NCBI GenBank assembly: GCA_009775195.1
Contig: VSPF01000001.1
Span: forward strand, 3,243 to 67,242
Reading direction: 5' to 3'
DNA: 64,000 bases
DNA from: Muribaculaceae bacterium
GTDB lineage: Bacteria; Bacteroidota; Bacteroidia; Bacteroidales; Muribaculaceae
Part shown: in pieces, positions 47,570-56,221 of the stretch
How the letters are laid out: the number at the start of each line of letters is the position of its first letter
Numbering within the stretch: the first letter of the stretch is position 1
The notes under the pieces: model-generated
Told to the model about the DNA's origin: nothing
Database searches by the model: none
The model's input: only the letters and a program-made list of their open reading frames with translations
Program-made: the position numbers and the translations under genes

Positions 47570-50266
47570 ATGCGACTACACTTGTGCTTGATTATAGTCC
47601 TCATGCTATCGTTATGTTCATGCGAGCAAAAATCAGAAGAACCAATCGATAATGATATTTCCTTTGACGAAGTATGCAACAAGTTAGACAGCGTGTTATC
47701 GAAGGGTATGCCTACCCTCACCTCTGATATCGAAAATTTCGCACGCACACTGCCCGGATACGAAAAAATAGAAGAAAAAGAAGGTACGGCATATATCTAT
47801 TTCACTAACGAGCAAAAATATTTTATCGACCTAACCGGTGCCACACAAGTCAACATGGGTTTAGACGATGAGATTGACGACGATGCCCTTATCGACAGTA
47901 TCGATTCTTTGACTGGCTACACAGAACCGGCGCAAGATATAGAAACTAATTCAATCAAATCGGCATACAGTCCATCACGTGCGTCAGGCAACAATACTTC
48001 GGTATCCCTTATGACGAAACGAAATATCCTCCTCTGGAGCCCGATGCAACTAAAAGGCGACGGATTTTTAAATCAATTCAACAAATTAGAAAATTCATTA
48101 AAACAAAAATTCCCCGATTTAACAGTTACAAAAGTATATGAGAACGGCAAGCAAACAGCAAGCACGATATTAAACACAATCGAACTATTTTCAAAATACA
48201 GTTTGGTATTCATCGCCTGCCACGGCACACCCGACGGTGAAATCGTAGTGCCACGCTACCCATACCTCAAAGACTACAACTTAGTAAAAGGCTACGCACG
48301 AAACTTTGAGAATGACAAGGATGAACCAGTCTACGTACTCGACAAAAAATGGATTAGCGAAAAATTACCCGCAACGCTAAAACGAACTGTAATATGGACA
48401 TGCATGTGCTTTGCAGCCAGCGACAATGCTGTATTCCGTGACTTGTGTTCGAAGCGCGACGTTGCCGATTTTTATGGCGGTTCTCAATCGGTAAACGCTA
48501 AAACATCTCTCGGATTTTTTAGAATTTTTATAACCAACTGGTTTTACGGGCGAGGGTCAGATGTCGCCCTTAACTCCCTGCGCAAACCGACTCCCTATAA
48601 TTTCCTAAACCTTGACAACAAAAATGTAACCGGCAACTGGGTACCACTTTCTTCGGGATACCATGCCTTATATTATGGCAAAATATCACCACAAAAAGCT
48701 TCCAACGGTCCTCGCGTAAGGGCTGTGGTTGGCAAAGATTGGCTTAGGCAGAATTTCAACAATTCATCGTCAAGAGCTATGGATAGTAATTTAATGGGTA
48801 TCGAGTTAACCGACGAAGAAACCGGAAACACATCAAAACTTTATTTCAATGCCTCAAATGTGCATAGTGTCTCAGATAATCTAAGCAAAGATGAGCAAAT
48901 TGCCAACGTAGTGTTTGAAATGAATACCGACAATCTCGCACCTGGATCATATAAATACCGTTCTTTTGTCGACGTACCCGAAGAAAACACTTCGATTATT
49001 TCTGATAAATACGAATCTTTAGTTATCGAAGATTATGGATTGACAAATCCTATCAGAATATATACCCGTGACGACCTTGTAGAATTTATTAAGTCATTCT
49101 ATACAAGTTCTTCACGATTTGACAATCGCGATGTATTACTTATGAACGACATCGACCTCGGAGAACTGGTTATTAAAACCACGCCCGACGAAAAGCTCAA
49201 AAGCTTCAACAACATCTTCGAGGGCAACGGACATACCATATACCGTACATATCGTCATACTTATGAATACAACAATTTTCTCGTTCCCAGCCTCGGGAAC
49301 GATGGTATATTGCGAAACTTCACTTTGAACATCTCAGCACCCGACCTACGCTGTCCTCAAGCATTCAGAGATGTTGTCGTTGAATACAATTCCGGCATTA
49401 TCGACAATTGCGACATCGAAATCAATGCCATAATAAATCACGACAAGAATGAAAACTGGCAGTATATAGAGTGGCTATATGGTTATACCAACTATGGCAT
49501 CATCAAAAACTGCGATGTACGCGGCACAATAAACGGAGCCTCTACCGGCGGACTGATATGTTACTGGAACGGGCTGTTCACTTCCACCAGTACCGGCTTC
49601 AGGCATCAAGAGGGCAAAATCATAAATTGCAAAGTAGATGTAAATGTCGACACTCCCGCTTCATTTTGCGGCATTACAAGCACTAACAGCGGACTGATAG
49701 ATAGTTGCTATGTTTCAGGCACAATGAACCTACATGCGTATATAGGCATCGCATCGTCAAACCACGAATATCGTGCCGGGTGGTACATGCCCACCATTCG
49801 TAATTGCACAAGTCGCTCTATTGTGAAAGCCTCATATACAGCTTCGGGAATCTGCTCATACAACAGCGGTCAGATAGAGAATTGTACAAATTACACCAGT
49901 TTGGCTACCTCTACCCAGTGTTGCGGCATAGCATTGCATAACGCTTCGAGCTCCATTTCCCAGGTGCCTCGGATAACAGGCTGCAAGAACTACGGTAATA
50001 TGTCCGGTCTATCAAGTATCGGAGGCATAGCCTGCCTGTCGCGTAGTTTTGAGGATGACCACGAGGGCATAATAGAAAACTGTATTAATTACGGAACTAT
50101 AACATATCATCCGACATACAATTACGAAGAAATCCATCCAAACTATCCAAACAATCCGGATTCTTGGCCAAAATTCAGTCAAATATCACCTTATTGCATT
50201 AAAATCAACAACACCAAAGCGGGGAAAGTGATATTGAAAGACGGATATCAGATGAAAGAGATATAA
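47570..50266 (+). CDS. AT-rich 898-aa lipoprotein: putative caspase/gingipain-like domain + GLUG-type beta-helix
   Basis: Lipobox LCSC; YSLVFIACHG...VIWTCMCFA; LMNDIDLG..FEGNGHTI and repeated N.G.I.NC...G. Confidence 0.7.
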   Translation: MRLHLCLIIVLMLSLCSCEQKSEEPIDNDISFDEVCNKLDSVLSKGMPTLTSDIENFARTLPGYEKIEEKEGTAYIYFTNEQKYFIDLTGATQVNMGLDDEIDDDALIDSIDSLTGYTEPAQDIETNSIKSAYSPSRASGNNTSVSLMTKRNILLWSPMQLKGDGFLNQFNKLENSLKQKFPDLTVTKVYENGKQTASTILNTIELFSKYSLVFIACHGTPDGEIVVPRYPYLKDYNLVKGYARNFENDKDEPVYVLDKKWISEKLPATLKRTVIWTCMCFAASDNAVFRDLCSKRDVADFYGGSQSVNAKTSLGFFRIFITNWFYGRGSDVALNSLRKPTPYNFLNLDNKNVTGNWVPLSSGYHALYYGKISPQKASNGPRVRAVVGKDWLRQNFNNSSSRAMDSNLMGIELTDEETGNTSKLYFNASNVHSVSDNLSKDEQIANVVFEMNTDNLAPGSYKYRSFVDVPEENTSIISDKYESLVIEDYGLTNPIRIYTRDDLVEFIKSFYTSSSRFDNRDVLLMNDIDLGELVIKTTPDEKLKSFNNIFEGNGHTIYRTYRHTYEYNNFLVPSLGNDGILRNFTLNISAPDLRCPQAFRDVVVEYNSGIIDNCDIEINAIINHDKNENWQYIEWLYGYTNYGIIKNCDVRGTINGASTGGLICYWNGLFTSTSTGFRHQEGKIINCKVDVNVDTPASFCGITSTNSGLIDSCYVSGTMNLHAYIGIASSNHEYRAGWYMPTIRNCTSRSIVKASYTASGICSYNSGQIENCTNYTSLATSTQCCGIALHNASSSISQVPRITGCKNYGNMSGLSSIGGIACLSRSFEDDHEGIIENCINYGTITYHPTYNYEEIHPNYPNNPDSWPKFSQISPYCIKINNTKAGKVILKDGYQMKEI

Positions 50267-50283
50267 GGCTGTAATATACTGAT

Positions 50284-50340
50284 ATCAGACAGGTTGCCCT
50301 GCCTTTTCCAAATTAAGAAAGGCAGGGCAACCTGTCTGAT
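50284..50340. terminator. 23-bp perfect stem between convergent genes (bidirectional terminator)
   Basis: ATCAGACAGGTTGCCCTGCCTTT-N11-AAAGGCAGGGCAACCTGTCTGAT. Confidence 0.8.
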
Positions 50341-50354
50341 GCGTTACTAAATCT

Positions 50355-52889
50355 TTATCCGCACTTGCTGGTGCCGCACGAGGTACAGATGAGGCAGCCT
50401 TCCTGGTAGACCAGGGTTTCCTGGCCGCAGTTGGGGCACTTCTGTCCCTTGGCGCTGGTACCGTTGGGCAGGTATTTTTTGAGTGCGCGCTCCACACCCA
50501 TCTTCCATGTGTTGATGCTCTGCGAGTCGAGTTCGAGACCACCTACGAGCTTGAGCACCTGGTCAATAGGCATACCGTAGCGCAAGACACCCGATATGAG
50601 CTTGGCATAGTTCCAGTATTCGGGGTTGAACTTGTCGCTGAGGCCCTCAATCGTGGTCTTGTGGCCGCGCTTGTTGCTATACTGGAAATCGTAGCGTTTG
50701 TTGCCGTTCTCGTCGATGGCCTTTATGATGCGCCCGTGAGTTACGGCCTTGGGCAGGAAGAGACCATCTTCGTCGTCGGCAAGGCCGGTGAAGATTTCGT
50801 AGGGGCGGCCGTCGACAAGGCCGACAAAGGCAATCCACTTCTCCTTGTTGTTCTGGAAGCGCACCACGTCGGCCTCGAGCTCGGTGGGACGTTTGGTCAT
50901 GATAGGCTCGTGAGTGTGCTGTTCTTTCTTCTTGTTCTCCTCGAGTGCCAGCAGCACGCCCGAGCGGCAACCGTCGCGATATACCGTGCAGCCCTTGCAG
51001 CCGGCATGCCATGCGTGGCGGTAGAGGCTCTCGACGGCCTCAACACTGATATCCTTGGGCAGGTTGATGGTGACAGATATAGAGTGGTCGACCCACTTCT
51101 GAATGCGGCCCTGCATGTTGACCTTCTCCATCCAGTCGATTTCGTTTGCCGTGGCACCGGCGTAGGGCGAACGTGCCACAAGCGCGTCGAGCTCTTCCTG
51201 GGTGTAGTTCTTGTCGGTATCGATGCCCTCGTGCTTCATCCAGTCGAGGAATTTGGGATGGTAGACTATATATTCCTCGAATGCGTCGCCGCTGTCGTCG
51301 ACATAGTCGATACGCACCGACGGGTCGTTGGCGTTGATTTTGCGGCGGCGTTTATAGACAGGCATAAAGACCGGCTCGATGCCGCTCGATGTGCGCGTCA
51401 TAAGGCTGGTAGTACCAGTGGGGGCAATTGTCAGGCAGGCGATGTTGCGGCGTCCCTGGCGCGCCATCTTCTCGTAGAGGGCAGGGTCGGCCTCGGCTAT
51501 GCGGCGGATATAGGGGTTGGCGGCTTCGCGCTCGGTGTCGTAGATTTCGAAAGCTCCGCGCTGCGCTGCCATCTCGACCGACTCGGTATATGCCGCCAAG
51601 GCAACAGTCTTGTGCACCGATACCGAGAAATCGGTGGCCTCGGGGGTACCGTAGCGCAGGCCCATAGCGGCAATCATGTCGCCCTCGGCGGTGGTGCCAA
51701 GGCCGGTGCGGCGTCCGCGCAGGGTCTTGGCCTTGATTTTGAGCCACAGGTCACGCTCGGGGGCCTTGACCTCTTCGGGCTCGGGGTCGCTGTCGATTTT
51801 TGATAGGATGAGGTCGATTTTTTCCATCTCGAGGTCGATGATGTCATCCATTATGCGCTGAGCCTTGCGCACGACAGTGGTAAGTTTGTCGTAGTCGAAG
51901 CTTGCATCTTTGCCAAAGGGATTGTTGACAAACGAGAAGAGGTTGATGGCCAGCAGTCGGCACGAATCGTAGGGGCATAGCGGGATTTCACCGCAGGGGT
52001 TGGTCGATATGGTCTCGAAGCCGAGGTCGGCATAGCAGTCGGGCACCGACTCGCGGCGTATGGTATCCCAAAACAGGACGCCGGGCTCGGCCGACTTCCA
52101 GGCGTTGAACACAATTTTCTGCCACAGCTGCGAGGCATCTATATCTTTGGCCACCAAGGGGCTGTCGCTATCGATAGGATATTGTTGGCGATATGTCGAG
52201 CCGCTTTCGACTGCCTGCATAAAGCTGTCGTCGATGCGTACCGACACGTTCGCGCCCGTGATTTTGCCCAGCGACACCTTGGCGTCGATAAAGCCTTCGG
52301 CGTCGGGGTGCTTGATTGAGACGGTGAGCATCAACGCTCCACGACGGCCATCCTGGGCGACCTCGCGTGTAGAGTTGGAATAGCGCTCCATAAATGGCAC
52401 CAGTCCCGTCGAGGTCAGGGCCGAGTTCTTGACGGCCATGCCCTTGGGGCGCAGGTGGCTCAGGTCGTGGCCCACGCCGCCGCGCCGCTTCATCAATTGT
52501 ACCTGCTCCTGGTCGATGCGCATGATGCCGCCGTAGCTGTCGGGCTTGCCGTCGAGACCGACGACGAAGCAGTTAGACAGCGACCCGACCTGCATGTCGT
52601 TGCCAATACCGGCCATGGGGCTGCCCTGTGGCACAACGTATTTAAAGCCGCGCAGCAGCTCGAAAATCTCGTCCTCGGTCATGCCCTCGGGGTAGCGGGC
52701 CTCGATTCGGGCCAGTTCGCGTGCGAGTCGGCGGTGCATGTCGTCGGGGGTAAGTTCGAAAATATTACCATCTGAATCTTTGAGGGCATACTTGCTTACC
52801 CATACCTGGGCGGCGAGCGCGTCGCCGTCGAAATACTTTAATGAAGCCTCGTAGGCTTGGTCGTAAGTATAAATTGTTTTAGGTGTCAT
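50355..52889 (-). CDS. nrdJ: Adenosylcobalamin-dependent ribonucleotide reductase (class II)
   Basis: SLSNCFV, TNPCGEIPL, IAPTGT, KGCTVYRDG, C-terminal Cys cluster. Confidence 0.95.
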   Translation of the reverse strand: MTPKTIYTYDQAYEASLKYFDGDALAAQVWVSKYALKDSDGNIFELTPDDMHRRLARELARIEARYPEGMTEDEIFELLRGFKYVVPQGSPMAGIGNDMQVGSLSNCFVVGLDGKPDSYGGIMRIDQEQVQLMKRRGGVGHDLSHLRPKGMAVKNSALTSTGLVPFMERYSNSTREVAQDGRRGALMLTVSIKHPDAEGFIDAKVSLGKITGANVSVRIDDSFMQAVESGSTYRQQYPIDSDSPLVAKDIDASQLWQKIVFNAWKSAEPGVLFWDTIRRESVPDCYADLGFETISTNPCGEIPLCPYDSCRLLAINLFSFVNNPFGKDASFDYDKLTTVVRKAQRIMDDIIDLEMEKIDLILSKIDSDPEPEEVKAPERDLWLKIKAKTLRGRRTGLGTTAEGDMIAAMGLRYGTPEATDFSVSVHKTVALAAYTESVEMAAQRGAFEIYDTEREAANPYIRRIAEADPALYEKMARQGRRNIACLTIAPTGTTSLMTRTSSGIEPVFMPVYKRRRKINANDPSVRIDYVDDSGDAFEEYIVYHPKFLDWMKHEGIDTDKNYTQEELDALVARSPYAGATANEIDWMEKVNMQGRIQKWVDHSISVTINLPKDISVEAVESLYRHAWHAGCKGCTVYRDGCRSGVLLALEENKKKEQHTHEPIMTKRPTELEADVVRFQNNKEKWIAFVGLVDGRPYEIFTGLADDEDGLFLPKAVTHGRIIKAIDENGNKRYDFQYSNKRGHKTTIEGLSDKFNPEYWNYAKLISGVLRYGMPIDQVLKLVGGLELDSQSINTWKMGVERALKKYLPNGTSAKGQKCPNCGQETLVYQEGCLICTSCGTSKCG

Positions 52890-53018
52890 TGCGTAATGTG
52901 TGATGCGGTCGCAAAGTTGGCTAAAATTTCTGACATTGCCAACTTTCGCGTGTTAATATTGCCGCGATTGTTGATAACTTTATTCGACGTTTACAAACTA
53001 TCGTCAGAAGGTTAAAGG

Positions 53019-54323
53019 TTAACCCTCCAGCAGCCATCTCCAAGCAGGGACCACATGTATTACCGCACCGCTGTCGAGCTTGATTTCCTCGTTGCTATCT
53101 GCAGTTATAATCAACAAATTATCACACCCTGTGACATCGGCTGCCTCGACAAGGCCATTTATCTCGCGCCGACGTGTCTCTTCGTCAGCCATATTCCATG
53201 TAACCTGTATCAACTGGTTTATATCCACGCCTCTCTGCACTACGAAATCACACTCGCCTTTGCCTTGATAGTAATATATTTGGTCAATCGGAGTGCGCCG
53301 ACGGTATAGTTGGAGAAACACGGTGTTTTCGAGCTTCTTGCCGTCGTCGTCGCTTTGAGGCAGCAACACAGCATCGCGTAAACCATTATCGATGCAGTAA
53401 TATTTCGGCTGTGAATTCTCTATTTTTTGCAATGATTTGCTGTAATTGGCAATACGGATAAACATGAAAATATCACATGCATGGCTTGCCCAGTCATAGA
53501 GGTCATCTTTGCTCACTTTGAGACCACGCGACTTTATGTCGTTGTGTATAGCCCGTATTGAGGTGGGCTTTGTCAGATTGGCCATAATACGCTTGAGATA
53601 GTAGCGGAGCACTTCGATGTTTGACAGGCCGTAATGCTCTACCAAATCTCTCAGTAACATAGTATCAAAATAGGTCTGCAATATTCTAGCCTTCTGCAGA
53701 GGGTTTTGTGTAAGTACCACTTCGGGGAAACCTCCTTCGTTATTATAATCGAAGAACGCATTGCGCAATTTAGCAATATCCGACTCTAACCAACTATCAG
53801 TTTTAATATCCTTGAACTCGCAATATTCACGAAAAGACAAGGGAAATGTTTCTTCCTCTTCAGGCCAACCTCGCAACGCTGATTTCAATTCGCTACTGAG
53901 CATAGTCGCATTACTGCCACTAATATATATGTTTTTAGAGTAATGCTTATAGAGACGCATCACAAAGTACTCCCAATTTTCGATTAACTGTATCTCGTCG
54001 AAAAACATATATGCTGTCGACAAATCTATGTCGGGATACATTTCACGGTAGGCCTCTATAATCAGGTCGAGTTGGTCAGAAGTCATGCGGACAAGCCGCT
54101 CGTCATCGAAACTCACCCAGAGAAAACGTTCTCGCTCCACACCCGATGCAATGAGCTCGTTTACAACAGCTTCCATTCTCGAAGACTTGCCGCAACGCCT
54201 TACGCCTGGTATGGTGATAATTTTCCCAGCATTGACCGGGAGTGGCTTTTCACGCTTTTTCAAGTCAGTCGGAAACTCGGCCTGACGCATTGCTATTTGG
54301 GTTTTGAGATACTGTTTATCCAT
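53019..54323 (-). CDS. AAA_14 ATPase with DUF4143 / PD-(D/E)XK-like C-terminus
   Basis: GVRRCGKS, FFDEIQ, ISGS, GGFPE, KYYCIDNGL, LEN.V, ECDFVV..QVT. Confidence 0.9.
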   Translation of the reverse strand: MDKQYLKTQIAMRQAEFPTDLKKREKPLPVNAGKIITIPGVRRCGKSSRMEAVVNELIASGVERERFLWVSFDDERLVRMTSDQLDLIIEAYREMYPDIDLSTAYMFFDEIQLIENWEYFVMRLYKHYSKNIYISGSNATMLSSELKSALRGWPEEEETFPLSFREYCEFKDIKTDSWLESDIAKLRNAFFDYNNEGGFPEVVLTQNPLQKARILQTYFDTMLLRDLVEHYGLSNIEVLRYYLKRIMANLTKPTSIRAIHNDIKSRGLKVSKDDLYDWASHACDIFMFIRIANYSKSLQKIENSQPKYYCIDNGLRDAVLLPQSDDDGKKLENTVFLQLYRRRTPIDQIYYYQGKGECDFVVQRGVDINQLIQVTWNMADEETRRREINGLVEAADVTGCDNLLIITADSNEEIKLDSGAVIHVVPAWRWLLEG

Positions 54324-54325
54324 AG

Positions 54326-54377
54326 TGTCCTAAATTTGGGGACAAATATAGCGATTTTTGTCCTAAAAAAAAGGACA
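54326..54377. promoter_or_regulatory. Twin TGTCC-N9-GGACA operators around the promoter of the AAA-DUF4143 gene
   Basis: Boxes at 54326-54344 and 54359-54377; TATATTTG (-7, minus strand) at 54343-54350. Confidence 0.7.
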
Positions 54378-54447
54378 ACTTCACGAAATATTCAAAAATC
54401 TCAATAAAACTTCGTAACTTTGCAGCCGCAAAAAGGAGTTTCAGGCT

Positions 54448-55656
54448 ATGGATTTTTCTATCAGCAAACAAGAAGGTACGATTTTCCCTATACTCGTCGC
54501 AATCAGCTTCGCCCACCTGCTCAACGATATGATGCAGTCGGTGATACCGTCTATCTACCCCATTATCAAAGACGAGTACGGACTGTCGTTTATCCAAATC
54601 GGCATCATCACGCTCGTATTCCAGATGACCTCGTCGATACTGCAGCCGCTCGTCGGCCTCTACTCCGACCGCCATCCACACCCGTTCTCACTATCGACCG
54701 GCATGCTCTTTACCTTTGCCGGCATCATATTGCTGTCGCTGGCCAACAATTTCGGGCTGATTATACTGGCCGTGGCCGTCGTGGGCCTCGGGTCGTCAAT
54801 ATTCCACCCCGAGTCGTCGCGCATCGCCCAGATGGCAGGGGGCGACAACAAGGGGCTGGCACAGTCAATCTTCCAAGTCGGGGGCAACGGCGGCAGTGCC
54901 GTGGGGCCATTATTAGCCGCGCTGGTCATACTGCCATACGGCCAGGGTGCCATAGCGTGGTTTGCCATAGCCGCCCTGGTGGCAAGCGCTACGCTCTACC
55001 CCGTCGGGCTATGGTATAAATCACAGCTCCACAAGGCCCGCAAGGCCAAAGCTGCTGTCAACGAGGCCGTGGCGCGGCTGTCGGCCCGGCGCATACATTG
55101 GGCGATTGTCATACTCTGCGTGCTCACCTTCTCGAAGTACTTCTATATGGCCAGCATGACGAGCTACTTCACCTTCTTCCTGATTGGCAAGTTCGGCGTC
55201 GACATACGCACCTCACAGCTGTGCCTCTTCGCCTTCATGGCCGCCGTGGCCGTGGGCACGGTGCTCGGAGGCCACATAGGCGACCGCTACGGGCGCAAAT
55301 ATGTGATATGGGGCTCAATCCTCGGGGCCGCGCCTTTCGCCCTCGCCCTGCCCTACGTGGGCTTTACAGCTACAATAATACTGGCAGTCATCATCGGCCT
55401 GATAATATCATCGGCATTCTCGGCCATACTCGTCTATGCCACCGAGCTAAAGCCCGGCAAGGTAGGCATGATGGCCGGGCTGTTTTTCGGCCTCAACTTC
55501 GGCCTCGGCGGCATAGGGTCGGCATTCTTCGGATGGCTGGCCGACTATACAAGCATCGAGTTCGTATTCCGCGTCAGCACCCTGCTGCCACTACTCGGTA
55601 TCGTCACCGCCTTTCTGCCCAACATCGAGCCTCGGGCAGCGTCGCGCTCAAAATGA
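54448..55656 (+). CDS. MFS transporter, Fsr (fosmidomycin resistance) family
   Basis: HLLNDMMQS, QPLVG..SDR, IFHPESSR, QSIFQVGGN, GDRYGRK. Confidence 0.88.
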   Translation: MDFSISKQEGTIFPILVAISFAHLLNDMMQSVIPSIYPIIKDEYGLSFIQIGIITLVFQMTSSILQPLVGLYSDRHPHPFSLSTGMLFTFAGIILLSLANNFGLIILAVAVVGLGSSIFHPESSRIAQMAGGDNKGLAQSIFQVGGNGGSAVGPLLAALVILPYGQGAIAWFAIAALVASATLYPVGLWYKSQLHKARKAKAAVNEAVARLSARRIHWAIVILCVLTFSKYFYMASMTSYFTFFLIGKFGVDIRTSQLCLFAFMAAVAVGTVLGGHIGDRYGRKYVIWGSILGAAPFALALPYVGFTATIILAVIIGLIISSAFSAILVYATELKPGKVGMMAGLFFGLNFGLGGIGSAFFGWLADYTSIEFVFRVSTLLPLLGIVTAFLPNIEPRAASRSK

Positions 55657-55726
55657 TAAAAGGAAACATAAGTACATAGCGACAAAAATATAAGAAGCAA
55701 TTATTCGGCAAGGATTATTGCTCTCA

Positions 55727-55758
55727 TATAAATCGCCAATCGTGATTGGCGATTTATA
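55727..55758. repeat. Perfect 15-bp-arm palindrome with 2-nt spacer
   Basis: TATAAATCGCCAATC-GT-GATTGGCGATTTATA. Confidence 0.8.
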
Positions 55759-55968
55759 ACTGTTCGGGAATCCATTTTTACAACCACCATGTTAAAATTC
55801 TCAGCGGAGAAAAAATGCAAATAAACGATTAAAATACATTGCTCGAAGATAGAATCGTCAGACATGGTTGACGATTTGGATTCGTTCCAGTCACAATTTG
55901 CACATTCTTATACACGGACTTTAACCTTTACAAGCCAATTCATATCCACTAAGGTCGTTATCTATGTA

Positions 55969-56104
55969 TAAACGAAACAGAAGGTGCCCGGGGACGGACA
56001 CCTTCTGCCACGTTTCAACTATTTATTTATGAGAACCTCAGTCACTGTATCACTACACCGGCTGAAGACGAGGGATGCTTTTGCAGCTCCTTTTCCTTTC
56101 TTCT
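55969..56104 (-). ncRNA. Candidate sRNA (~135 nt)
   Basis: ECF-like GAC-N17-CGTT promoter (56114-56137); terminator CAGAAGGTGTCC-N6-GGGCACCTTCTG + TTTCGTTT with no ORF to serve on the minus strand. Confidence 0.4.
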
Positions 56105-56221
56105 ACTTAGCATAACGCATCACCCCTCTTTTCGGTCACGGTTTTATGCTAAAAGTCGCTAAATATATTTGCCGTTGTATAATATTTCGCTATCTTCGCA
56201 TCAACATTTGACCACACAGCG

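Noticed and set aside
50355..52889. Intein or intron in nrdJ, or a cobalamin riboswitch upstream
   Set aside because: The ORF is continuous at ordinary length, and the ~130-bp upstream gap shows no riboswitch-like motifs
56055..56066. 12-bp match (ACACCGGCTGAA) to the reverse complement of direct-repeat copy 2 at ~10998-11009
   Set aside because: Too short to separate from chance, and the rest of the repeat is absent
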